From: an uncultured Erysipelotrichaceae bacterium
GTDB lineage: Bacteria; Bacillota_I; Bacilli_A; RF39; UBA660
NCBI GenBank assembly: GCA_902788975.1
Contig: CADAMI010000012.1
Span: 5,148-69,147 of the forward strand
Direction of reading: 5' to 3'
DNA: 64,000 bases
The notes beneath the pieces are model-generated. The model saw only the letters and a list, made by a program, of their open reading frames with translations. It was not told the DNA's origin and searched no databases. Positions 20,501 through 27,638 of this stretch are shown here, piece after piece; positions within the stretch are counted from its first letter, which is position 1; each line of letters opens with the position of its first letter. Both the position numbers and the translations under genes were made by a program.

Positions 20501-22605
20501 CCGGAATATATAGTAATCAATATGGCCCAGGAGATACGTTGGATTGGTCTGGTTTGTTTGCTAAAGGTAGTTATGTTTTAGGTAAGCATTTAACTAATCA
20601 TAATATTAAAGTTAATGGATTTTACAGTAATTTTATGAATGAAGAGACACAAGTAAATGAAGTAAATTATATTGATCCAACACCAAAGGATTCGCAATTT
20701 TATATGTGGTATATTGGGGAAAATATAATTGAATATAATGTTAATTTGGTGGCATCAAAATACTCTACATTAGGTTCGGTAGAGCAATCATTCTTAGAGT
20801 TTTCTAAACCAAATACCTCTTTCCAGATTGAAAGTTTCGATATTTCAGATATTGCTTCTGGAATATCATTGGTGGATAAAAATAATATTCCTAGAATTGC
20901 TGCTAACAATAATGATGCTAACAATATATTTGGTTTAGCAATGGAAGCAAGTAATAATGGTTGGTTAACGACTGGTAAAACATCTTTTTATACGACAAGC
21001 CCTTGGATGCAAGGTGTAACGTATTATGAAGGTGAAAACTCTACAGTTGTTCCAACGATGTTGTTCTATTTATATCACTCTAAGAATATTACGGAAACAA
21101 AGGATTTAGGAACAGTTCGTATTACGATTAAGGCAATTACTAAAATAAATGCTTTATCAAGTGAAGTAGAAAGATTAGTTGTTAATGTCAATATGTCAAC
21201 GGCATTGTTCCAAACAACTGAATATGAAGGAGCGATGACACCCGGTGATAAGTATGATTTATTTACTTCAACAACTACGAATATTACAACAAAGAGTAAA
21301 TTCAGTGTATATTACGGACTATATTCAGCTGGTACAAATATTTATCAAAGTGGTTATCATAGAGCTTTGACATCATCTTATATTCTTCCGGAGAACACTA
21401 AAATAACAATGATTGATTTTGGTACTGGAACGACAGAATACTACTATCATGTTATTACGGCTCAAGATGTTGCTAATGCGCAAAGTGAATTTCAATCAGA
21501 AAATGAATGCTCTTATAATTTATCATTATTTACTCGTATGGGTAGTTTAAATAACAATAGTAATTATGATGATGCGGCTAAGAATGCTATTTATTATGAC
21601 GGAACAAATAGTAGTGAAGAATTTATCTTTATTGTCGATTTTTCTGACACTGATATTCAAAGTGATCAATTAGAAAAAAAATTATTAATAGAAATAAGAG
21701 ATGCCAATGATGAGGGAATAATTACCGTATTAGGTATTCAACATGATCAATTAACTTATAATTTATATTCAGGAAAAGATTCAATAATTAATGAGACGGT
21801 TGTTGCATCGGCTAATCCACTTTATATTGGTTATAATGATACTTTTGAAGTTTCTATTGACTATCAAAATTCTAATTTAAGTGGGGTAGCCATTACTGAT
21901 ACACAATATTTTGATTCTAAATTAGGAGTACAAATTGCTATTAAAGATGCTAGAGGAAATGTTGTTTCTGGAACTGACCTTACGGGTGCTTATTTCCTTA
22001 TTGATGGAACAAGATATTACCCTGATATTGCTGGATATACACATATTAAATTAGCTAATAAAGTTGGTAATACGAAAAAATGGATTATCTTTAATACCGA
22101 GAATGCAAGTCTTGGAACTGGTTCTTATACATTTACTTTTGAAGCTTTTGCATCGACGGATGGTATATATTATAGTTCTGGTGCTTCGTCGTTTGTTAAT
22201 CTACCAATAGATATAATAAATAGTAAATATGGTCTTAATCCAGTACTAAATGAAGATAGTGTAATATTTAACGAAAAGGGGACGGATAGAGCATTGAAAT
22301 TTACAATTAATTATACATCTCTTTTGAGTAATCCTAATTTACGTATAGCATTGTATCGTCGTGAATATGATGAAATATATGACATTGATTATGATTTGGT
22401 TGATTTACAAGATTATGTATCGTCTACATTGACAACCACTGCTAATCCAAGTGAATATTTACTGTCAAATAGTCCATCACAAGTTAATACGTATGCACTT
22501 CTTTTAAATGATGATTTAATGACAGGGACATATAGATTAGCCTTTAGATTATATGATAGCAATACGATGATTGGTGAAATCAATCAATATATAGTAATAA
22601 AGTGA
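14536..22605 (+). CDS. Giant (2689 aa) secreted/surface beta-solenoid repeat protein
   Basis: Single uninterrupted ORF. N-terminal signal/TM (LLIAVFLIAMLLTW). Central block of roughly 30 tandem 25-aa units, each carrying a YGG(G/S)N motif (e.g. TVTNIYGGSNTLGNVSTTNVDILSG). Gly/Asn/Thr/Ser-rich composition typical of parallel beta-helix fibres. RBS aggagagtagg. Confidence 0.8.
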   Translation: MNKLKAFIKQHKYSLLIAVFLIAMLLTWNFMNSFSETTTDSAWDGVVARQFTSGTGSTDNPYVIANASEFAYFKSLLEGEDASLYAHKNYKLVGSFNYGKYDLAINNKVPFSGTIDGCGNKIYNASLSNMLFNILDGATIKNLQLVSLSYTLINETGAIVANDIKNSNIEMLLVNCDVNVQNDSTFGGLVYNSSDTTYKNIIIDYNIDSENENIFNFAYTMDNDNGANILIKDNNYQNTYCETNINFNKFNIKDGNINLIDVDNLNEFVSDNYKIIIKNNEFNFEEITNDLNNESQADDSSEHPNEHSNMLKSVVRNSTITVHDQGIDGTTIYINNLLSDSNYFKGLNHTEVLSTSIPSGVSTGYYDDSNLVKVAVVYDGTDINNANLVGAVSPINSENVNKYVYYKYYPLERTSSGDLATDNNGNNYIRIELIDNPFSKRPYVSTTEYGFNGWACNQGNSSDGVCESATFSFDNDIYTRYVDIAIDGSSEFTLYLNANWINADVVTSYYNISSFNSMTMENLPTHPVQYVIHHIASPHWKQNYTTMEYYQSYNRYSQMPTTTGYYYKTSTTSTTYYRLRNGNRTCQRTTCYVYRANTSGITSGSLYEGGTVEFFPNYNASSNTIYSTTISDYNTTYMNLVDDPNGTIEYDETATANRMILGDGSTAGSYYYKVTNPTAAMINTGEYYNSDGSVCTNANNCRTAYKLIQYNDTVTNSDGTSIYNINADGNGNIIDQDNYYYLVTRDTNIFRYTSTTALEMDYLQVNKPFTVTGTAVNGTSVTGVLEYPTGWGWDSSAEDFTASNDIVIENIKIYGPGGTGSDNLGIGDDDSYTSYVIYANSKNLKIGRNVVSSRDSSYLVANGIFNGTNTSVTGRFKVIVESGIYSAFHTGPVDPYGRDGSRQHNTTTSTYNALTVLGSDYDRVKVDNSKLKFFIGLDGMSGGYNNALSGNFIAFTTVKSGMYGFNADGTPSTDYTAGLYLGGHGYTDYFQVNNTTGAKIEGGKINIVVGGVGYSGSATTNANYIGMSGGEVRQIYGGAGTNTTKGNRIINVTGGTINYSILGGSNSSSSNSSTDGIVDGDTLVYVGGNVTVGTENDELYLVESGSIFGAGGGNTNYSSLGTVKNSHVIINGGTINKSVYGGGNFGSTGTQSSSAASTVIDIYKGTIGNVYGGSKSAGFSTSQYASSSTIDINMTGGTVGNIYGGSNEKGTIYGSTDIDITGGTISNNIYGGGQGENTFVTNDVDVTIGVANVANTPTVGGNVYGGSAFGTVNCATTSGNATGDTTVTVDNGLVTGSVFGGGQGSSTATPYVLGDITVNINGGDITSVFGGNDQAGSHTAVNEVYLNGGIIENVYGGGNRSSVTNTNIYMDGSTVTNIYGGSNTLGNVSTTNVDILSGTVQNVYGGNNEGGTCGTTDVNVTGTASINGSIYGGGNQVATTTTTVTLNSANGTVPNVYGGGNSASVTTSNVTNNGVTATNIFGGSNSSGTVTTANVTYNSGTSTNVYGGNNAGGNTVTSNIDINNGTITTVYGGGNQANGGTSNVDIGGGNITSVFGGGNSAGLTQSNINVTAGTVGDVYGGSNNSGTVTIANIDVATGTITNIYGGGNRAEVGTPTVVVDGGAVANIYGGGNLAQVTGNTIVDINGGTISGNVYGGGNYGVVKGSSNVTITNATILGNAYGGGNGSSATLEGNTNITIDGNTTIGNASSVAPNSGCVFGGGNQALTGIQDNNNSTSSVNIVGGTINGNVYGGAKFSVIYGNTIVNIGETAYTSNSLTKSDIYVKGNVFGGGEANSSGSEIYDWSFISVTQGVNISIDADTYQNFQIDGSFFGGGNASSATGDSYLTIRNYGSGMNPKRNVSIQRVTYVTIDNSSILLAGAIDRANEYDNELFSISRVDDFKLQNNSYIFFVTGANLLKNFQSLDSSGNPAVVTITDDYRITNRSVDNRVYMYEGKNLNVAEDQQVTVYGEVTGMSFFGIFNYANGGINTGIYSNQYGPGDTLDWSGLFAKGSYVLGKHLTNHNIKVNGFYSNFMNEETQVNEVNYIDPTPKDSQFYMWYIGENIIEYNVNLVASKYSTLGSVEQSFLEFSKPNTSFQIESFDISDIASGISLVDKNNIPRIAANNNDANNIFGLAMEASNNGWLTTGKTSFYTTSPWMQGVTYYEGENSTVVPTMLFYLYHSKNITETKDLGTVRITIKAITKINALSSEVERLVVNVNMSTALFQTTEYEGAMTPGDKYDLFTSTTTNITTKSKFSVYYGLYSAGTNIYQSGYHRALTSSYILPENTKITMIDFGTGTTEYYYHVITAQDVANAQSEFQSENECSYNLSLFTRMGSLNNNSNYDDAAKNAIYYDGTNSSEEFIFIVDFSDTDIQSDQLEKKLLIEIRDANDEGIITVLGIQHDQLTYNLYSGKDSIINETVVASANPLYIGYNDTFEVSIDYQNSNLSGVAITDTQYFDSKLGVQIAIKDARGNVVSGTDLTGAYFLIDGTRYYPDIAGYTHIKLANKVGNTKKWIIFNTENASLGTGSYTFTFEAFASTDGIYYSSGASSFVNLPIDIINSKYGLNPVLNEDSVIFNEKGTDRALKFTINYTSLLSNPNLRIALYRREYDEIYDIDYDLVDLQDYVSSTLTTTANPSEYLLSNSPSQVNTYALLLNDDLMTGTYRLAFRLYDSNTMIGEINQYIVIK
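17600..20060 (+). repeat. Coding tandem repeat, period about 75 nt (25 codons), roughly 30 copies
   Basis: Recurring tatggtgg(c/t)gg(t/a)aa strings at about 18598, 18669, 18745, 18826, 18903, 18975, 19050, 19125, 19197, 19270, 19343, 19417, 19494 and 19572. Spacing 70-81 nt. Confidence 0.7.
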
Positions 22606-22613
22606 GGTATTTT

Positions 22614-22736
22614 ATGGAAGAAAAATTAAAAGAAATAACAAATCAAGAATTAATACAAATTTATCGTTTAGTACTAGAACATCTTGAATACTTGAATAAT
22701 GAAAAAAGTAAAGTAGAGGAAGTTGATAAAAAATGA
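22614..22736 (+). CDS. Candidate 40-aa small ORF (MEEKLKEITNQELIQIYRLVLEHLEYLNNEKSKVEEVDKK)
   Basis: RBS gtgaggt lies 6 nt upstream of ATG 22614. The stop overlaps ATG 22733 of the next gene (ATGA overlap). Absent from the ORF track because it is under 60 aa. Confidence 0.35.
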   Translation: MEEKLKEITNQELIQIYRLVLEHLEYLNNEKSKVEEVDKK

Positions 22737-24259
22737 TTGAAGAATTAAATAACAAGTACAATGATTTTAAAGGTGTTATCGATATTCTTCCAGTAAATAC
22801 TAAGTATAATCGTAAACGTAAAACAGATTATATTCTTGAAGAAATAGAAAACGATAATAAAAGATTAGAACAAGTAAAGAAGGAGATTGAAAAAAGAATT
22901 AATAGTTTTTCTAGTTTAGAAGTTAATAATAAAATTCAAGAATTAGAACATGAATTAGAAAAATGTAATATTGTTAATGAATGGAGTAATTATAATACAG
23001 CTTATGAAAAAATGCATCTTGATTACTATTTATATCAACTTCATAGATACTACAAAGAGGATTTAGTTAGTGTTAATGCGTGTATTAAAAAAATATTAGA
23101 ATCTTTTAAAAAAGTAGAGATAGTTTTAACGAAGGATGACTTTAATTTTAATAGTTATGTAGCTGATTATATGGAAAAAATTTTAAATAATGTTACGGAT
23201 CAAGAATTATCTGATTATTTTGAAGAAATATATTGGAAGAATCCGGATATTATTAAGACAATTGAAATAAATTTTAAAAGTATTTATTTACGAAATGAAA
23301 AAAAGATAGATAAGTATTATGAAACGCGACATCAAGAATTTCTAAATAATCATAAAGATGAAGAAATATATAATATGCGTATTAAATTAAGTAATGATAT
23401 TAAGACACTAAAAGGTGAGGATGCATTCTTAAACTTTCAGAAATTTGTAAATAATGAATATGTTATTGCTGATTTTAAAAAAGATGATATAGATAAAAAG
23501 AAACAAATTTATTTTAATGAAGAAAGTTATAATTATGATAATCTTTTGGAATTAAATCAAGTATTGAATGAATATAATGTTTTAATAAAATATAAGTATT
23601 TATTTACTGATATGAGAGAAAGATTAGAGAAAAAAGATTCTTTAAAGAATGCTAAAAATAATGCATTAAAAGAAGTATCAAAGGAAGAAAACAAGTTAAT
23701 TAAATTAAATGATAAGCATAATAAGAAGCCATTATTTGGTAAAAAGAAAAATGATGAGAAGTTTTTATTCAATTATAAGAATATTTTAAATAATATTATT
23801 AAATATTATGATGAATTTGATAATGCTTGTTTTAATGATTTGGTATTTCTTAAATTGAGTCAAGATAGTACAGTTTTAGAAGTATTAAAATTAATTAGTG
23901 CTAATTATTTATATTTTGTTGAAAGAACTTTTGCTAATGATGAATCTTTAAATATTAATGATGTTACAAAGACGTTTGATGAATTAAAGGAATATATTAA
24001 TAATAATAATTTTGTTCTTTTAAATAATATTGCTTTATTAGATGAAAAACAAATGAAACAATTAATTAGTGATAAATATAATTTAGGAAATATTAAATTA
24101 TCAACGGATTCTTTGCTTGATGAAAATATTGAAAGAACAATAAGTGATATTAGATTATTAATTAATTATGAAGATATTGTTAAATCGGGTATTAATATCG
24201 ATGATATTTCTTTGTATTTGGACTATAGCAAATTATTAGAAAAAGAGAATTCTCACTAA
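22733..24259 (+). CDS. Hypothetical K/E/N-rich, largely alpha-helical protein (508 aa)
   Basis: Long ORF. No TM. No motif recognised. Confidence 0.5.
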   Translation: MIEELNNKYNDFKGVIDILPVNTKYNRKRKTDYILEEIENDNKRLEQVKKEIEKRINSFSSLEVNNKIQELEHELEKCNIVNEWSNYNTAYEKMHLDYYLYQLHRYYKEDLVSVNACIKKILESFKKVEIVLTKDDFNFNSYVADYMEKILNNVTDQELSDYFEEIYWKNPDIIKTIEINFKSIYLRNEKKIDKYYETRHQEFLNNHKDEEIYNMRIKLSNDIKTLKGEDAFLNFQKFVNNEYVIADFKKDDIDKKKQIYFNEESYNYDNLLELNQVLNEYNVLIKYKYLFTDMRERLEKKDSLKNAKNNALKEVSKEENKLIKLNDKHNKKPLFGKKKNDEKFLFNYKNILNNIIKYYDEFDNACFNDLVFLKLSQDSTVLEVLKLISANYLYFVERTFANDESLNINDVTKTFDELKEYINNNNFVLLNNIALLDEKQMKQLISDKYNLGNIKLSTDSLLDENIERTISDIRLLINYEDIVKSGINIDDISLYLDYSKLLEKENSH

Positions 24260-24347
24260 AATGTGATAATTCTTTTTTTTGATTATTTTATTTTTTGATT
24301 AGGCACAGAAACATGTTTTAATACATATAATGATATAGGTGATAAAT

Positions 24348-25538
24348 ATGAATAGTATGTTTGATGGTGTAGTAATAGATCCAGGACATGGTGGTGTTGA
24401 TAGTGGGGCTAGAGGTAAAGATATATTAGAAAAGGAGTATAATCTATTAATAAGTAAATATATGTATGATAGATTTAGGGAATTAGGAATACCGGTATAT
24501 ATAACAAGAGATAGTGATATAACTCTTAATCCTAGTGATAGGGTAAATAAAGTATTATCTTCCTTTGGAAATGATCCAAATGTTGTTGTTATTTCCAATC
24601 ATTTGAATGCAGGTAAAGGTGATGGTGCAGAGGTGATTTATGCTCTTAGGAATAGTTCTAGGTTAGCTAACGATATTTTAAATAATATTGGTAATGCTGG
24701 TCAAAATACAAGAAGAATATATCAAAGAAGATTACCTAGCGATCCCACCAAAGATTATTATTTTATGTTAAGAGATACGGGAAAAACAGAACCTTTAATT
24801 GTTGAATATGGCTTTATTGATAACGACGATGATTTAAGATTTCTTAAAGATAATTATAAACAGTTAGCTGAGGCTGTTATTAAAGCCGTTTTAGAGTATA
24901 AAAATATTCCGTATACTGATCCGGGAACTACCATTAGTGATACATATAAAGTAATGAAAGGTGATACATTATATGGAATAGCTAATAAATTAGATACAAC
25001 GGTAGATGAACTTAAGAAAATAAATAATTTAACAAGTAATTCTTTATCGATTGGTCAGATATTAAATGTACCAGTTAAAACTATCGATACAGGAGAAACT
25101 GAATTATATCAAGTAAAAAGAGGAGACACACTATATTCAATTGCTAATAAATATGGAATTACTTTAAAAGAATTAAAGGCTATTAATAATTTAGAAAATG
25201 ATAATTTAGCAATAGGACAATTATTAAATGTACCAAGCGGTTTATCTTTAGTTAGTTCTTATGTAGTTAGTCCTGGCGATACACTTTATAGTATAGCCAA
25301 AAAGTTTGATACAACAGTCGATAATTTAAAAAAGGCTAATAATTTAACTAACAATATGTTATCGGTTGGTCAAAAACTTATAATTCCACTAGTTGAAGAT
25401 ACTACGTATGTGGTTAGTGCTGGCGATACTCTTTATAGTATTGCTAGAAAATTTAATACAACGGTAGATGAACTTAGAAGATTAAATAATTTAACTAATG
25501 ATGTTTTATCAATAGGTCAAATATTAATACTTAAATAA
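24348..25538 (+). CDS. N-acetylmuramoyl-L-alanine amidase (Amidase_3, CwlC-like) with five C-terminal LysM repeats
   Basis: The GHGGVDSGA zinc-amidase motif sits near the N-terminus. There are five repeats of GDTLYSIA...(L/V)...LNNL (LysM). RBS aggtga precedes ATG 24348. Confidence 0.8.
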   Translation: MNSMFDGVVIDPGHGGVDSGARGKDILEKEYNLLISKYMYDRFRELGIPVYITRDSDITLNPSDRVNKVLSSFGNDPNVVVISNHLNAGKGDGAEVIYALRNSSRLANDILNNIGNAGQNTRRIYQRRLPSDPTKDYYFMLRDTGKTEPLIVEYGFIDNDDDLRFLKDNYKQLAEAVIKAVLEYKNIPYTDPGTTISDTYKVMKGDTLYGIANKLDTTVDELKKINNLTSNSLSIGQILNVPVKTIDTGETELYQVKRGDTLYSIANKYGITLKELKAINNLENDNLAIGQLLNVPSGLSLVSSYVVSPGDTLYSIAKKFDTTVDNLKKANNLTNNMLSVGQKLIIPLVEDTTYVVSAGDTLYSIARKFNTTVDELRRLNNLTNDVLSIGQILILK

Positions 25539-25543
25539 TGAAG

Positions 25544-25567
25544 CAACACTTTATAGTGTTGTTTTTA
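25544..25567 (+). terminator. Rho-independent terminator after the amidase gene
   Basis: caacact-ttata-gtgttg followed by ttttt. Confidence 0.5.
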
Positions 25568-25631
25568 GTATAAACAATTGCATTTTATGATTAATTATAG
25601 TAAAATTATAGTAGGAAAGTAGGTATGTTAG

Positions 25632-26000
25632 ATGAGCGATAATAAACGTAATTTTTTAATACAAAATGGTGTTGATGTAGAAAAGGGTATTGAAAATACA
25701 ATGGATGAAGAAACATATAATGAATTATTAATTGATTTTGCTAATACATTTCCAGTAGATGTAAATAAATTTAATGAATATAAAGTGGCTGGCGATATGG
25801 TTAATTATGAGATTATTGTTCATGCTCTTAAAAGCAATTGCAGAACACTTGGATTTTTGAATACTGGAGAAATGTTTTATCAACATGAACTTGCTAGTAA
25901 ACAAAATAATGTTAATTATGTAAATGAGCATTATAATGAATTAATTACTGAAGTGAGAAAAGTATATGATATATTGGTAAAATATAGGGAGATGAATTAA
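25632..26000 (+). CDS. Hpt (histidine phosphotransfer) domain protein
   Basis: VHALKSNCRTLGF matches the HxxKGxxxxxG Hpt signature. 122 aa. Lies directly upstream of a response regulator and a hybrid kinase. Confidence 0.55.
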   Translation: MSDNKRNFLIQNGVDVEKGIENTMDEETYNELLIDFANTFPVDVNKFNEYKVAGDMVNYEIIVHALKSNCRTLGFLNTGEMFYQHELASKQNNVNYVNEHYNELITEVRKVYDILVKYREMN

Positions 26001-27635
26001 ATGAATAATCAATTTTTAAATATTATTAATAAGAAAATATTAGAAAATTATCAAGAAGTTTTAATAATTGATATTCTTGATGATAAAATATATAAATATG
26101 TTAATAATGATGGTAATTTTATTTTTAAAGAAGACTCTTCTTATGTAGCATATTTTGATACTTGTAAAAAGTTTATTTTTGAAGATGATATACCTGATTA
26201 TATTAATTCTCTATCTATATCTAAATTAGAAGAAAGTAATAGTAAAATTACTTTAAATTATCGTATGTATGATAATAAACTTGGTAGTTATATGAATTAT
26301 ATTAATAATATATCTTTATATAATGATGAGACTAGTGGTAGAAAAATGATAGTTGTTTTAGTTAGTCCTAGTAATAATACGGTTGTTTTTAAAAACAATA
26401 ATCAATCAAAATCTGACTTGGAGGAAAAACTAAGTAAACTAGTAGATGCAGTTAGTTTATCAATGTTAAAGATTCATAATGTTGTTAATATGGATAATAA
26501 TTTAAGAACTAAAGATGAATATATTAATTCAATTCTGGTTGAATTAACAACTAATTATCCAATATTAAATAAATCATTTAATGATAATGCTTCGGAAATA
26601 TATAATTCTGGTAAGCAATCTATTATGATTGTTGATGATGATAAGATGACTTGTAATTTAATTGCTAAGATATTCAGTAATGATTATGATATTATCATGG
26701 CTAATAATGGTAGAGAAGCAATTGATGTTTTGAAGGATATAAAAAGAGATAATATCAATTTAGCTTGTATTTTCTTAGATTTAATTATGCCTGAGTTAGA
26801 TGGGTTTGGTGTACTTGATTTTTTAAATGATAACAATTATTTAATGAGATTACCAGTTATTATAATTAGTGGTAATTATGACAAAGAAACAAGAAATAAG
26901 GCATATAGTTATAGTATTGCCGATATGCTTGAGAAACCTTTTAATGCACAAGTTATACGTCATAGAATTGAAAATTTAATTAATTTATATCGTTCTAGTG
27001 GAATACTTAATGAAATGATGCTTGAACAACATCAAAACTTGAAAGAGGTTATTTTAACAATTGTTAAGTCATATGAAATTGATAATCAAATGATTATTAA
27101 TCAAGTTAAAAAATATATGAAAATATTAACTATGAAAGTTTCTTCTTTATATCCAGAATATAACATAAATAATAATATGATTGGAAAAATTGTTAATTCT
27201 TCATCTTATTATGGTATTGGTAATTATATATTACCGAAATCTATATTAAATAAAAGAGGAGAGTATACTCCAGCTGAAGACGATATTATTAAAGTAGCGA
27301 GTACAAGTGGAGCATCAATTGTTAAATATGTTTTAACAAATAATAAAGATGTCGATTTACAATATTGTTACGAGATAGCTAAATATTATTCTGAAAATTA
27401 TGATGGAACAGGTTATCCAGAAGGTGTAAGTGGTAATAGTATTCCATTATGTGCACAAATTGCATCTTTAGCTATTGAATATGCTAATTTAGTAAATACC
27501 ATTATGCCAGTTGATTATGAAAGAATAGCTTCTTTAATAATTATGGAATCTGGTCATAAGTTTAATCCAAAAATAGTGGAGGCATTTAAAGAGGTTGAGG
27601 TGGAATTTGAAGCTGTTACTAAAGTAGGTGGTTAG
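26001..27635 (+). CDS. Response regulator (REC) with novel N-terminal domain and C-terminal degenerate HD-GYP domain
   Basis: REC: IMIVDDDKMTCNLIA...FLDLIMPELDGFGVLDFL. C-terminus: YYSENYDGTGYPEGV resembles the HHExxDGxGYP signature, but the upstream metal-binding HD segment reads YGIGN instead of HDIGK. Confidence 0.6.
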   Translation: MNNQFLNIINKKILENYQEVLIIDILDDKIYKYVNNDGNFIFKEDSSYVAYFDTCKKFIFEDDIPDYINSLSISKLEESNSKITLNYRMYDNKLGSYMNYINNISLYNDETSGRKMIVVLVSPSNNTVVFKNNNQSKSDLEEKLSKLVDAVSLSMLKIHNVVNMDNNLRTKDEYINSILVELTTNYPILNKSFNDNASEIYNSGKQSIMIVDDDKMTCNLIAKIFSNDYDIIMANNGREAIDVLKDIKRDNINLACIFLDLIMPELDGFGVLDFLNDNNYLMRLPVIIISGNYDKETRNKAYSYSIADMLEKPFNAQVIRHRIENLINLYRSSGILNEMMLEQHQNLKEVILTIVKSYEIDNQMIINQVKKYMKILTMKVSSLYPEYNINNNMIGKIVNSSSYYGIGNYILPKSILNKRGEYTPAEDDIIKVASTSGASIVKYVLTNNKDVDLQYCYEIAKYYSENYDGTGYPEGVSGNSIPLCAQIASLAIEYANLVNTIMPVDYERIASLIIMESGHKFNPKIVEAFKEVEVEFEAVTKVGG

Positions 27636-27638
27636 TAA

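Noticed and set aside
16021-20924. Minus-strand and alternative-frame ORFs inside the giant gene (16021-16209, 16124-16450, 18094-18444, 20700-20924)
   Set aside because: They are antisense to, or out of frame with, an uninterrupted 8 kb ORF with clear coding periodicity and protein repeats. They have no RBS and their composition is repeat-driven.
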